DNA from: an uncultured delta proteobacterium
GTDB lineage: Bacteria > Desulfobacterota > Syntrophia > Syntrophales > UBA5619
Direction: 5' to 3'
Length of the DNA: 64,000 bases
Assembly: GCA_963817385.1 (NCBI GenBank)
Contig: CAWFOM010000031.1
Span: forward strand, 128,001 to 192,000
Positions within the stretch are counted from its first letter, which is position 1. Each line of letters starts with the position of its first letter. This document shows positions 1-10,142 of the stretch, piece by piece. The translations under genes and the position numbers were made by a program. The notes under the pieces are model-generated. The model ran no database searches and had not been told where the DNA came from. It worked only from the letters and a program-made list of their open reading frames with translations.

Positions 1-165
1 GGAAAACATGCGAGCCCCACCTGCACGCTCGCGATCGCCGCCGCCGACTTCCTCGACCTGATGAACGGGAAACTCCCCGCCATGCAGGCCTATACCTCGG
101 GGAAGCTCAAGATCGGGGGCGACATCATGAAATCCCAGCTGATCGAGAAGCTCTTTAAAAGATAG
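1..165 (+). CDS. 3' end of a protein with a C-terminal SCP2 sterol-carrier/lipid-transfer domain (partial, starts before window)
   Basis: Frame 1 reads GKHASPTCTLAIAAADFLDLMNGKLPAMQAYTSGKLKIGGDIMKSQLIEKLFKR*, a typical SCP2 C-terminus, very similar to the SCP2 domain at 2620-2945. Confidence 0.85.
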   Translation, partial: GKHASPTCTLAIAAADFLDLMNGKLPAMQAYTSGKLKIGGDIMKSQLIEKLFKR

Positions 166-177
166 GAGGGACACACT

Positions 178-2945
178 ATGATCGGAATCACATCCTACGG
201 CGCCTACATCCCCCGCCTGAGGCTCGACCGCATGGCGATCTTCCAGGCGATGGGCTGGTTCGCCCCGGCGATCATCATGGTCGCCCAGGGGGAGCGCTCC
301 ATGTGCAACCACGACGAGGACGCGCTCACGATGGCGGTCGCCGCCGCCCGCGACTGCCTGACCGGGAAGGACAAGCGGCAGATCGACGGGAGCTACCTCT
401 GCTCCACCACGCTCCCCTTCGCCGACCGCCAGAACGCCGGCATCGTGAAGACGGCCCTGAACCTCCCGGACGCGATGATCACCGCGGATTTCACCTCGTC
501 GCTCCGCGCGGGGACGACCGGGCTCCTGACCGCCCTCGAGGTGGTGCAGGGGGGAAGCCGGAAGAGCATCCTCGTGACCGCATCCGACAAGCGGGAGACG
601 AGGCCCGCCTATTTCTACGAGATGTGGTTCGGCGACGGGGCGGCCGCGATGCTCGTCGGGACGAAGGACGTCATCGCCGAGTTCAAGGGGTCCTACACGG
701 TCTCCTACGACTTCGTCGACCACTACCGGGGCGCGGGGAAGACCTATGACTACATGTGGGAGGAGCGCTGGGTCAGGGAGGAGGCTTATTCAAAATTCAT
801 CCCCGAGGCGGTGGGCGGCCTCATGAAAAAAATCGGCATCACGATGGACGACGTCCAGAAGGTCGTCTTCCCCTGCCTCTTCAAGGCGGAGCACAAGGCG
901 ATCGCCAAGACGCTCGGGGCGGCGCCGGAGAAGGTGATCGACACGATGCACGAGGTGTGCGGGGAGACGGGGGCGGCCCATCCGCTTCTGATGCTCGCCG
1001 CCGCCCTCGAACAGGCGAAGCCCGGCGACGGGATCCTCCTGGCCGGTTTCGGCCAGGGGTGCGACGCCCTCTACTTCAAGGCGACGGAGGCGATCGCGAA
1101 GCTCGCCCCCCGCAGCGGCGTCAAGGGCTCCCTGGCAAACAAAAAGACGATCGACAATTACATGAAGTTTTTAAAGTTCCGGAACCTCATCGATCCCGAG
1201 ATGGGGATCCGGGCGGAGGCCCCGACCCAGACGGCGATGACGGTCCTCTGGCGGAAGCGCAAGATGCTCACCGGCCTCGTCGGCGGGCGGTGCCGTGACT
1301 GCGGGACGCCCCAGTTCCCGAAGATGGACATCTGCGTAAACCCGAAATGCGGCCACGTCGACACCCAGGATGACTACGAATTTGCCGACGTCACCGCCCG
1401 GATCAAGACCTTCACGGGCGACCTCCTGGCCGTCTCGGTCGACCCGCCGACTACCTACGGGATGATCCAGTTCGAGGGGGGCGGCCGCTTCATGGCGGAT
1501 TTCACCGACTGCGAGCTCGCCGACTGCAAAGTCGGGCTCCCGGTGAAAATGGCCTTCCGGCGGCGCTTCACCGACAACGAGCGGGGTTTTACCGGCTACT
1601 TCTGGAAGGCGGTGCCCCAGCCCGGGGCCGCGGTCGCCCTCCCCGAGATCCGTTTCGACGGCCGGGTGGCGATCGTCACCGGCGCCGGCGCCGGCCTCGG
1701 CAGGAGCTACGCCCTTGAGCTGGCGAAGCGGGGCGCGAAGGTGGTCGTCAACGACTACGGCGGCCCCCGCGACGGCGCGGGAAAGGGCTCCAGCACGCCC
1801 GCCGACAAGGTTGTCGAGGAGATCAGGACCGCGGGCGGAGAGGCCCTCGCGAACTACGACAACGTCGCCACGCCGGAGGGGGGCGAGAAGATCGTCAAAA
1901 GCGCCGTCGACGCGTACGGCGGGGTGGACATCCTCATCAACAACGCCGGGATCCTCCGCGACAAGAGCTTCCTCAAGATGGACCCGGAGAACTGGCAGGC
2001 GGTCCTCGCCGTCCATCTGAACGGCGCCTACAACGTGACTCGCCCCGCCTTCGCCGTCATGAAGGAGAAGGGGTACGGACGGATCGTCATGACCACGTCC
2101 GCAGCCGGCCTCTACGGAAACTTCGGCCAGACGAACTACAGCTCGGCCAAGATGGGTCTCGTCGGCTTCATGAACACCCTCAAGATCGAAGGCGCCAAGT
2201 ACAACATCAAGGTCAACACGATCGCCCCGATGGCCGCCTCGCGGCTCACCGAGGACGTCATGCCGCCCGATATGTTCCAGCAGTTGAAGCCCGAGTTCAT
2301 CGCCGGGATCGTGCTCTACCTCGCCTCCGAGAACTGCGCGGAGACGGGAGAGATCTTCAACGCGGCGGCCGGTTTCTTCAGCAGGGCCGCGATCATGACC
2401 GGCCCGGGGACGACCCTCGGCGGCGGGAAGGAGATCCCCACCCCGGAGGAGATCCGCGACCAGTGGGCGAAGATCGACAGCCTCGAGGGAGCGAAGACCA
2501 TAACCGACGCCAACACGGCGATCATGTCGTTCCTGACGCCCCCCGCCCCGAAGCAGGAAACGGCAGAGCTGCTGCGGCGGGGACCGCCGGGAAACCAGCC
2601 GATGCCGCGGCCGGCGGCGCACCGGACGTAAAAGGGATCTTCGCCCGGATGCCGGAGGCCTTCCGGCCTGAGAAGGCGGCCGGGGTAAACGTCCTGTTCC
2701 AGTTTGCCATCTCCGGTCCGGGCGGTGGCGACTGGGTCGTCGCCGTGAAGGACGGAACCTGCAAAATCGAGGCGGGAACAACGGAGAAGCCCACGACCAC
2801 CATCAGGATGGCCGACGGGGACTTCCTCCAGCTCATCGCCGGCAAGCTCGACGGGATGCAGGCCTACAGCTCCGGAAAGCTGAAGGTCGAGGGCGACATC
2901 ATGAAATCCCAGCTCATCGGGAAGCTCTTCAAATTCGGGAATTGA
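178..2945 (+). CDS. Multidomain fusion: HMG-CoA synthase/KASIII-like fold + DUF35 Zn-ribbon/OB-fold + SDR (MFE-2-type 3-hydroxyacyl-CoA dehydrogenase) + SCP2; one frameshift near 2567
   Basis: MIGITSYGAYIPRLRL and GDGAAA (HMGS-like); CRDC..CVNPKC plus OB-fold; SDR motifs TGAGAGLG, NNAG, NYSSAK. ORF 178..2631 continues in the frame of ORF 2463..2945 through an Ala/Gly linker into SCP2. RBS GGAGG upstream. Confidence 0.85.
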
Positions 2946-2952
2946 GGGAATA

Positions 2953-3015
2953 CGTCACCCCGGCGAAAGCCGGGAGCCAGCAAAGCACTGGATTCCGGCT
3001 CTCGCCGGTATGACG
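2953..3015. repeat. REP-like palindromic repeat (CGTCA.CCCGGCGAAAGCCGGG ... CCGGCTCTCGCCGG.ATGACG type)
   Basis: Two inverted GC hairpins bounded by CGTCA/TGACG; related copies at 63260-63381. Confidence 0.8.
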
Positions 3016-3105
3016 ATCATCAAGGGTTTTCGACTTTTTACGAGTGCAACAACATTGAATAACGCCCCGCGGGGCTTTCCTGAAAGCATAAAGGAGGGAT
3101 ACATC

Positions 3106-4314
3106 ATGGCTACTGGAATCAGAGATAAGGTAGCGATTCTCGGGATGGGGTGCAGCCGCTTTGGGGAGCGCTGGAATATGGGGGCCGAGGAGCTTCTGGT
3201 CGAGTCCTTCCAAGAGTGCCTCGCCGACGCTGGGATCGAAAAGGACCGGATCGAGGCGGCCTGGTTCGGCCACTGTATCGATGAGACTGGCCTGGGGAAA
3301 AGCGCGACGCCTCTCGGCGTGACCCTCCGGCTTCCCCGCATCGCGATCACCCGGACGGAAAATTTCTGCGCCACGGGGACGGAGGCCTTCCGGGGGGCCG
3401 TCTATGCGGTCGCCTCCGGGGCGTACGACATCTGCCTCGCCATCGGCGTCGAGAAGCTCAAGGACACCGGCTACGGCGGACTCCCGAACGCCGGCTCGGG
3501 CTTCGGGACGCTCGTCTGGCAGTGGTTCCCCAACGCCTCGGCCCCGGGCCTCTTCGCCCAGCTCGCCTCGGCCTACGCCGCGAAATTCCATGTCTCCGAC
3601 AAGGATCTCAAGCGGGCGATCGCCCACGTCTCGATGAAGAGCCACGCCAACGGCGCGCTCAACCCCAAGGCGCACCTGAGGAAGGCCGCCACCCTCGAGC
3701 AGATCATGGCCGCCCCGATCATCGCCCATCCGCTCGGGCTCTTCGACTGCTGCGGCGTGAGCGACGGGTCCGCCTGCGCGATCGTGACGACGCCCGAGAT
3801 CGCCAAATCTCTCGGGAAAACGGATATCGTCTCCGTCAAGGCGCTCCAGCTTGCGGTATCGAGCGGCTACGAGGGGGGCTTCAACGAGTGGGACGGAGAG
3901 CATTTCGTGACGACGAGCAAGTGCAGCACGCGGGCGTTCGAGGAGGCGGGGATCAAAAACCCCCGGGAGGAGATCAGCATGATGGAGCTCCACGACTGCT
4001 TCTCGATCACGGAGCTGGTCACCTACGAGGACCTGCACATCTCCGAGCGGGGCCATGCCTGGAAGGACGCCCTCGACGGCTTCTATGACCGCACCGGGAA
4101 GATCCCCGCCCAGGTGGACGGGGGGCTCAAGTGCTTTGGCCACCCGATCGGGGCCTCGGGCCTCCGGATGATCTACGAGATGTACCTCCAGCTTTTGGGA
4201 AGGGCCGGGGAAAGGCAGCTCAAAAACCCCCGCTACGGCCTGACCCACAACCTGGGCGGCTTCCCGCACCAGAACGTCTGCGCCATCTCGATCGTCGGCA
4301 GATACGAGAACTGA
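3106..4314 (+). CDS. Thiolase, SCP-x/lipid-transfer type (acetyl-CoA acyltransferase)
   Basis: ENFCATG, HDCF and GHPIGASG motifs; start MATGIRDKV after AAGGAGG. Confidence 0.9.
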   Translation: MATGIRDKVAILGMGCSRFGERWNMGAEELLVESFQECLADAGIEKDRIEAAWFGHCIDETGLGKSATPLGVTLRLPRIAITRTENFCATGTEAFRGAVYAVASGAYDICLAIGVEKLKDTGYGGLPNAGSGFGTLVWQWFPNASAPGLFAQLASAYAAKFHVSDKDLKRAIAHVSMKSHANGALNPKAHLRKAATLEQIMAAPIIAHPLGLFDCCGVSDGSACAIVTTPEIAKSLGKTDIVSVKALQLAVSSGYEGGFNEWDGEHFVTTSKCSTRAFEEAGIKNPREEISMMELHDCFSITELVTYEDLHISERGHAWKDALDGFYDRTGKIPAQVDGGLKCFGHPIGASGLRMIYEMYLQLLGRAGERQLKNPRYGLTHNLGGFPHQNVCAISIVGRYEN

Positions 4315-4325
4315 GGAGAAGGATC

Positions 4326-5468
4326 ATGGAAATACTGCAATATACCGAAGAACACCGGATATTCCGGGATGCGCTGAAACGGTTCCTCGCCAAGGAGGTC
4401 ACCCCCCACGTCGAGGAGTGGGAGGAGGCGGGAATCGTCCCCCGCGAGGCGTGGAAGAAGATGGGCGAGCAGGGCTTTCTCGCGATGGGCGTCCCCGAGG
4501 AGTACGGCGGCCTCGGGGCCGATTTCCTCTACTCCGTCATCGTCATGGAGGAGCTGATCCGGACGAACCACTCGGGGCTCGCCGCCCCGCTCCACAGCGA
4601 CATCATCGTCCCCTACATCGTCGCCTTCGCCTCCGAGGAGCAGAAGCACAAATACCTCCCCGGCTGCATCTCCGGCGACATCATCACGGCGATCGCCATG
4701 ACCGAGCCCAATACCGGCAGCGACCTGGCGGCTATCAAGACCACGGCGGTCGAGTCCGGGGACGAGATCGTCCTCAACGGCCAGAAGACCTTCATCAGCA
4801 ACGGCATCAACTGCGATCTCCTGGTCCTGGCCGCCCGCGACCCCTCCGTGGAGACCCCCCATGCCGCCGTCGATCTCTTCCTCGTCGAGGCGGGCACCCC
4901 CGGCTTCGACAAGGCGAAGCGGATCAAGAAGGTCGGCTGGCACAGCCAGGACACGGCGGAGCTCTACTTCACCGACTGCCGGATCCCGAAGGCGAACCGG
5001 ATGGGGGACAAGGGGAGCGGCTTTATCAAGCTCATGCAGCATCTCCAGCCGGAGCGGCTCGTCTGCGCGATCGGCGCCGTGGCGGCGGCCGAGTACATGC
5101 TTGAAATCACGATCCAGTACTGCAAGGAGCGGACCGCTTTCGGGAGGCCGATCTCCAAGTTCCAGAACACCCAGTTCGAGATCGTGGAGATGGCGACCGA
5201 GGTAAGGCTAGGGCGGACCTTCATCGACAAGCTGATCGCGGACCACATGGAAGGAAAGCAGATCGTCATCGACGTCTCGATGGCGAAGTACTGGACGACG
5301 GAGATGGCCTCCCGCGTCGCGGACCGCTGCATGCAGCTCTTCGGAGGCTACGGATACTGCGAGGAGTACCCGATCGCCCGGGCGTGGCGGGACATCCGGG
5401 TGACCCGGATCTTCGCCGGGACCAACGAGATCATGAAGACGATCGCCGCGCGGTTCATGGGGTTGTAG
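4326..5468 (+). CDS. Acyl-CoA dehydrogenase (long-chain type)
   Basis: AIAMTEPNTGSD, NGQKTFISNG, QLFGGYGY, RIFAGTNEIMK; RBS GAGGAG. Confidence 0.93.
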   Translation: MEILQYTEEHRIFRDALKRFLAKEVTPHVEEWEEAGIVPREAWKKMGEQGFLAMGVPEEYGGLGADFLYSVIVMEELIRTNHSGLAAPLHSDIIVPYIVAFASEEQKHKYLPGCISGDIITAIAMTEPNTGSDLAAIKTTAVESGDEIVLNGQKTFISNGINCDLLVLAARDPSVETPHAAVDLFLVEAGTPGFDKAKRIKKVGWHSQDTAELYFTDCRIPKANRMGDKGSGFIKLMQHLQPERLVCAIGAVAAAEYMLEITIQYCKERTAFGRPISKFQNTQFEIVEMATEVRLGRTFIDKLIADHMEGKQIVIDVSMAKYWTTEMASRVADRCMQLFGGYGYCEEYPIARAWRDIRVTRIFAGTNEIMKTIAARFMGL

Positions 5469-5548
5469 GCGTGGGGTTCGGCAAGGTGTAGCCTCGACAG
5501 GCGCGGATCTTTTTCCGACCCCGTGCGTGCAACGGTTTTAAACTGCAA

Positions 5549-5577
5549 TTGACAACAGGTAATACGCTGAGTAACAT
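5549..5577 (+). promoter_or_regulatory. Sigma70-like promoter
   Basis: TTGACA-17 bp-TAACAT. Confidence 0.6.
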
Positions 5578-5640
5578 CACTTACCGTATTGAGTAAATTG
5601 TAAGCCCGTCTTGTTCACGCCGTTGAGGAGATTCGCCGGG

Positions 5641-5802
5641 ATGTACCGTCGCCCCATGTACCTTACGCTGGTCAAGCGGCTGAAAGAACCACGCCGGGTT
5701 ATCCAGGTTCTCACCGGAGCTGCCGGCAGCGGGGACGGCATCCCTCTGGAAAAATTTCTGCTCACCCCTGCAGTGAATTGGGTTTCGAAGCTATTTGCAT
5801 GA
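5641..5802 (+). pseudogene. Internally deleted remnant of an AAA_14/DUF4143-type ATP-binding protein gene
   Basis: MYRRPMYLTLVKRLKEPRRVIQVLTG resembles the N-terminus up to the Walker A of this family and is joined directly to a C-terminus-like GDGIPLEKFLLTPAVNW; RBS GAGGAG. Confidence 0.55.
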
Positions 5803-5824
5803 CCGGCCCCAGAAAGGTATCCGT

Positions 5825-6730
5825 ATGAAACCGACCACGGCATTGCGCAAGATCATGTCACGGCCCGGCTGCACTATGGCGGTCTCCGCACATGATCCCC
5901 TGCTCGCCCGTCTCGTCGAGCAGGCAGGATTCGATATGATCGGATTGTCGGGAAACGCCGTTTCGGCCTCCTACCTCGGCTTACCCGATATGGGCTACCT
6001 CAACCTGAGCGACATGGCCAACGTCGCGCGGCGGATCGCGGCGGCGGTTTCCATCCCCGTCCTTGTTGATGTAGACACCGGTTACGGCAACCCCATGGGC
6101 CTCTGGCGCACAGTGCGTGAGCTGGAGCAGGCGGGGGTGGCGGGGATCATCATCGAGGATCAGATCGATTACAAGAAGTGCAGACTGATCGAGGCGGGGC
6201 ACCCGGTCATACCCGCTGAGGAGCACGCGGCCAAGATCCATGCCGCTTGCACGGCGCGAACAGACCCGGAGTTCGTGATTGTTGCCCGGACCGATGCGGC
6301 TGCGGATCATGGGCTGGATGAGGCCATCCGGCGAGGATTCCTCTATGCGGAAGCCGGTGCGGACATGCTTGATGTTGAGGTCCTCGGCACCCCGGAAGAG
6401 GTCGAGCGGATCGGCAAAGCCGGGCTACCCGTGCCGCTGAAAGCGAACATGGATGAAGGCAAGAAGCTCTGGCTCAACGACCTCTCGGTGCTCGAAGCGG
6501 CCGGTTACAAGGTTGCATCCTATCCCGGTGTTGTCCGCTATGCGGTCGTACACGCCGTGCGTGAAGCACTCGACCACCTGAAACAACACCGTTCCAGCAT
6601 CGGCATGAAGGACCGGCTTGCCACGGTCGACGAGTATTTTTCGGCGGTGGATCTGGATGTACACCTTGAGATGGAAAAACGACTTCTGCGACCATTCGAG
6701 GGGAAGAGTCTACCAGGTCGGAAACCGTGA
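5825..6730 (+). CDS. Isocitrate lyase/PEP mutase superfamily protein (methylisocitrate lyase/oxaloacetate decarboxylase-like)
   Basis: LGLPDMG, VDVDTGYG, IEDQ..KKC, ARTDA, EAGAD motifs. Confidence 0.88.
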   Translation: MKPTTALRKIMSRPGCTMAVSAHDPLLARLVEQAGFDMIGLSGNAVSASYLGLPDMGYLNLSDMANVARRIAAAVSIPVLVDVDTGYGNPMGLWRTVRELEQAGVAGIIIEDQIDYKKCRLIEAGHPVIPAEEHAAKIHAACTARTDPEFVIVARTDAAADHGLDEAIRRGFLYAEAGADMLDVEVLGTPEEVERIGKAGLPVPLKANMDEGKKLWLNDLSVLEAAGYKVASYPGVVRYAVVHAVREALDHLKQHRSSIGMKDRLATVDEYFSAVDLDVHLEMEKRLLRPFEGKSLPGRKP

Positions 6731-6757
6731 AATAACGGCTTCCGACCTGCTCACGCC

Positions 6758-8846
6758 TCACGTTTTCCGCAGCCTCTGCATCCCCATGACCAGGGCGAAC
6801 AGGGCGATTCCGATGTAGTCGAACAGGGGTTTGGGGTAGACCAGAAGCAGACCCGCCAGGATCAGCGTACAGCGTTCGAACAGGGTCGTTTTCTTAAAGA
6901 GCCAGTTCTGCATGCCCGCCGCAAGCGCGGCGATTCCGATCATCGCGGTGATGCTCACCACGGCAATTTCCCCCCAGTTGGCATTCGCAAGGGTCTTGAA
7001 CGAACCGGTCAAGAGCAGGCCCTGACCGGAGGGGTCGAGAACGAACATGAACGGCACCAGGAACGCCGGCATCGTGTACTTCCAGGACTGCAACGTCGTC
7101 TTGTAGGGATCGCCGCCCGTGATCGCGGCAGCGGCGAACGGGGAGAGCGCGGTCGGCGGCGACACTTCGGAAAGGACCGCGTAATAGAAGATGAACATGT
7201 GCGCGGCAAAGTCCGGCACGCCGAGCAGGATCAACGCGGGTGCGGCGATCACCGCGCAGATGATGTAGCTTGCGGTCACGGGCACCGCGAGACCGACAAT
7301 CCATACGATCAGAGAAGTGAATATCGCGGTGAGCAGGAGTTTGAAGCTATGCAGGAGGTCAGCGGTATTTGCGGCACCTAAGGCGACGAACAGATCAACA
7401 AAGAAACGGCTTCCCGAATCCGCATAATCGAGAACGATCGAACTGAATTTGAGCCCGAGCCCCGTAAGCGTGACGACGCCGACGATGATCCCCGCGGCGG
7501 CACAGGTGGCCGCGACATTGAGCATGCCGACCGAGCCGCCTTCGAGGGCTTTGATGAGTTTCGACCGGAAAAAGCCCCTGATGACCGGCTCGCGTCCGCG
7601 GAAAAAGTCGTAGGAAAGGAGCGCGCAATCCCGGTGCAGAAAACTCGTCACGAACGCGACCACGGTCGCCCAGAAGACCGAGAGGATCGGCGAATAGCCG
7701 AGCATCATGAAGAAGATGATCGAAACCAGCGAGAGGAAATGAAAGCCGAAATTACGGGTGAGATCCCAGAGCTTCTGTTGCTTCTCTACCGGCGCTCCAT
7801 GCGTACCGAATTTGCGCGAATCGATCTCGACCATCAGAAAGATCCCGAAGTAGTACAGGATGGTCGGGATCGTCGCCATCAGGATGACATCAAGGTAGGA
7901 GATCTTGAGGAATTCGGCGATCAGGAAAGCCGCGGCGCCGAGAACCGGCGGCGAGAGGATTGCGCCGATTCCGCCGGCGGCAAGCAGCCCCCCCGCCGGG
8001 TCCTTCGCGTACCCTGCCTTGGCGAGCATCGGATAGGCGACCGACCCCAGTGTCACCGTCGTTGCAACCCCGGAACCGGACGGTCCGCCGAGCAGGAACG
8101 AGGCCAAGCACCACGGTGCGCCCCGCGCTGCTGTGTTTGCCCCCCATCGCCGCGAAGGAAAAGTCGATGAAAAATTTGCCGGCGCCGGAAAACTGGAGGA
8201 ACGCGCCATAGATCGTAAACAGGATGATAAGGGATGACGACACATCGACGGCCACGCCGAAGATCCCCTCGAGGGTCATGTACATGTGGCCGGTGAGCCG
8301 CGAGATGTCGTAGCCGCGGTGCGTCCACGGCGCCGGGAGATGCGGGCCCACCATCGCATAGACGATGAACATAACCACGACAAAGGGCATGATCCAGCCC
8401 GAGGTCCGGCGTGCGGCCTCCAGGATCAATACGATGAGAACGGCGCCGAGAATCTGATCCCACACCATGGGAGACGTCGCGCGATCGCCGAAATCGTCGC
8501 CCCAGTAGAGCATGTAGCCGATGATCGCCACGCCGAGGAGCGCGCCGGCGACATCCCACCACATGATGCGGTGGCGGAAGCGGGGAAGGATCGGGAACAG
8601 CAGAAACGACAGGAGGAGGGTAAACCCGACGTGTACCGGACGAAGGACCTGCGCCGACACGATCGAGTATGCCGCGTACAGGTGAAACAGCGACATGATC
8701 ACCGCAATGGCGGTCAGGCCCGCTGCCAGCCGGCCCGTAAACTTGCTGGTTGCTCCCTCTTCCTCTTCGATGAATTCCTCGGCCTTTTTCAGGGCCTCTT
8801 CGCTGATGACGATTTCGTCGGCTGCCGGTTTTTCATTTTCCGCCAT
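6758..8846 (-). CDS. TRAP transporter 4TM/12TM fused permease (TAXI-associated); frameshift near 8105
   Basis: N-part in ORF 7890..8894 (from MAENEK) and C-part in ORF 6758..8245 (GGPSGSGVA, PPVLGAAAF, AHMFIFYYA); join GRTVVL/ASFLLG needs one base removed. Confidence 0.88.
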
Positions 8847-8978
8847 ATCGCTTCCCTCGCGCGGACCCGAGGCGGGTCCGCCATACAGTCCCACCCGTCC
8901 CCGGTCCTCTCCATTTGGTCGGAGGGCCGGGGCGGTGGCGTCAACAGTCCGTGGTTCGGGTGCTTCTGCCGCCCGTCC

Positions 8979-9944
8979 CTATTTGACCTTGACCCCCTTC
9001 TCCGCGAAATACTTGATCGCGCCTGGGTGGTACGGGATTGGCGAGTGGCTGTTGGTCTGGTACTTGTAGTCGAAATTCAGCGATTCTTTGTGGACGGCGA
9101 CCATTTCGGTCTTCTTGTCGAAGATCGTCTTCACGATGGCGTATGCGACCTTTTCCGGCATCTTCTCGTGTGCAACGAGGATGTTCCATACGGTAACGAC
9201 GTTGTTGGGGGTGTCCTGCCCCGGATAGCTCTTCGGCGGAATCACATCCCTGACGTACAGAGGTCCGTATTTCCGATTCATCGCGTCCGCGACTTCCGCA
9301 TGGTCGATCATCTGGATCTTGACTCCCGGGGTTGCGCCAAGGTCGGTGACGGCGGCCGTCGGGATTCCCCCGACCCAGAAGAAGGCGTCGATCTTCCCGT
9401 CCTTGACGGCATTGACCGATTCGGCGACGCCGAGGCGTTCGCGCTTGAGATCCTTGTCCTTGTCGAGACCGGCCGCTTCAATCACGCGGAATGCCATGAT
9501 CTCGGTTGCGCTGCCGGGCGATCCGGTCGACACGCGCTTGCCCTTGAGATCGGACATTTTCTTGATCTTGGTGCTCTCGATCGTCACCACGTGCATGCGG
9601 TTCGGATAGAGCACCATCAGCGTGCGAATCGGGATTTTCCCGTCCTTGAACTTATCCTGACCATTGAGCGCGTCGAGTGCGGCGTCTACCATCACAAGTC
9701 CGACCTCCGACTTGCCTCCGCCGATCAGTTTCAGGTTGTCGACCGAGCCGCCGGTCACCTCCGCCGTTGCCTGCATTCCGGGAATGCTCTTGGACAGGAT
9801 GTTGGCCATGCCGCCTCCCAACGGGTAGTAAACGCCGCCGGTGCCGCCGGTGCCGATTGAGATATTAATCTTCTCCTGCGCCGGAGCGGTGGCCGCAAAC
9901 AGCGCAAACACCAGTACCGCTATGCTTCCGATAACGCGCTTCAT
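8979..9944 (-). CDS. TAXI-family TRAP transporter solute-binding subunit
   Basis: Signal peptide, GTGGTGGVYYPLG, TGGSVDN, GSPGSATE, IPYHPGA; RBS AAGGAGG. Confidence 0.92.
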   Translation of the reverse strand: MKRVIGSIAVLVFALFAATAPAQEKINISIGTGGTGGVYYPLGGGMANILSKSIPGMQATAEVTGGSVDNLKLIGGGKSEVGLVMVDAALDALNGQDKFKDGKIPIRTLMVLYPNRMHVVTIESTKIKKMSDLKGKRVSTGSPGSATEIMAFRVIEAAGLDKDKDLKRERLGVAESVNAVKDGKIDAFFWVGGIPTAAVTDLGATPGVKIQMIDHAEVADAMNRKYGPLYVRDVIPPKSYPGQDTPNNVVTVWNILVAHEKMPEKVAYAIVKTIFDKKTEMVAVHKESLNFDYKYQTNSHSPIPYHPGAIKYFAEKGVKVK

Positions 9945-10037
9945 GTTTCCCTCCTTGTTGACGTGCATTTGTCCGTCTGGAACCCGCCGCCTGCTATGAT
10001 ACCGTTTCTCCTGATAATACATTGCTGTACGCGGGGT

Positions 10038-10066
10038 ACGATACGGAGAACGGCCGTATATGTCAA
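10038..10066 (-). promoter_or_regulatory. Sigma70-like promoter of the TAXI operon with an internal inverted repeat
   Basis: Minus strand TTGACA-17 bp-TATCGT; ATACGG-N7-CCGTAT overlaps the spacer. Confidence 0.55.
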
Positions 10067-10142
10067 CATTTTTTTCCCACGATTGCGCCGACGGTGAACG
10101 GGGCGTTTCCCGAAGGAAAAGCTCACCATGGAATCCGTCCAT

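Noticed and set aside
1171..2781. Long antisense ORFs (also 2929-4269, 10548-12155, 18557-20155, 39690-41630, 44939-46951, 53986-55266)
   Set aside because: Shadow ORFs opposite well-supported genes, expected from high-GC codon bias; no recognisable motifs
3010..3105. N-terminal extensions in the ORF track (thiolase 3010, ACAD 4131, TAXI 10142, larA 63383, ispH 41982)
   Set aside because: They run through repeats or upstream genes; downstream starts match the family N-termini and most have an RBS
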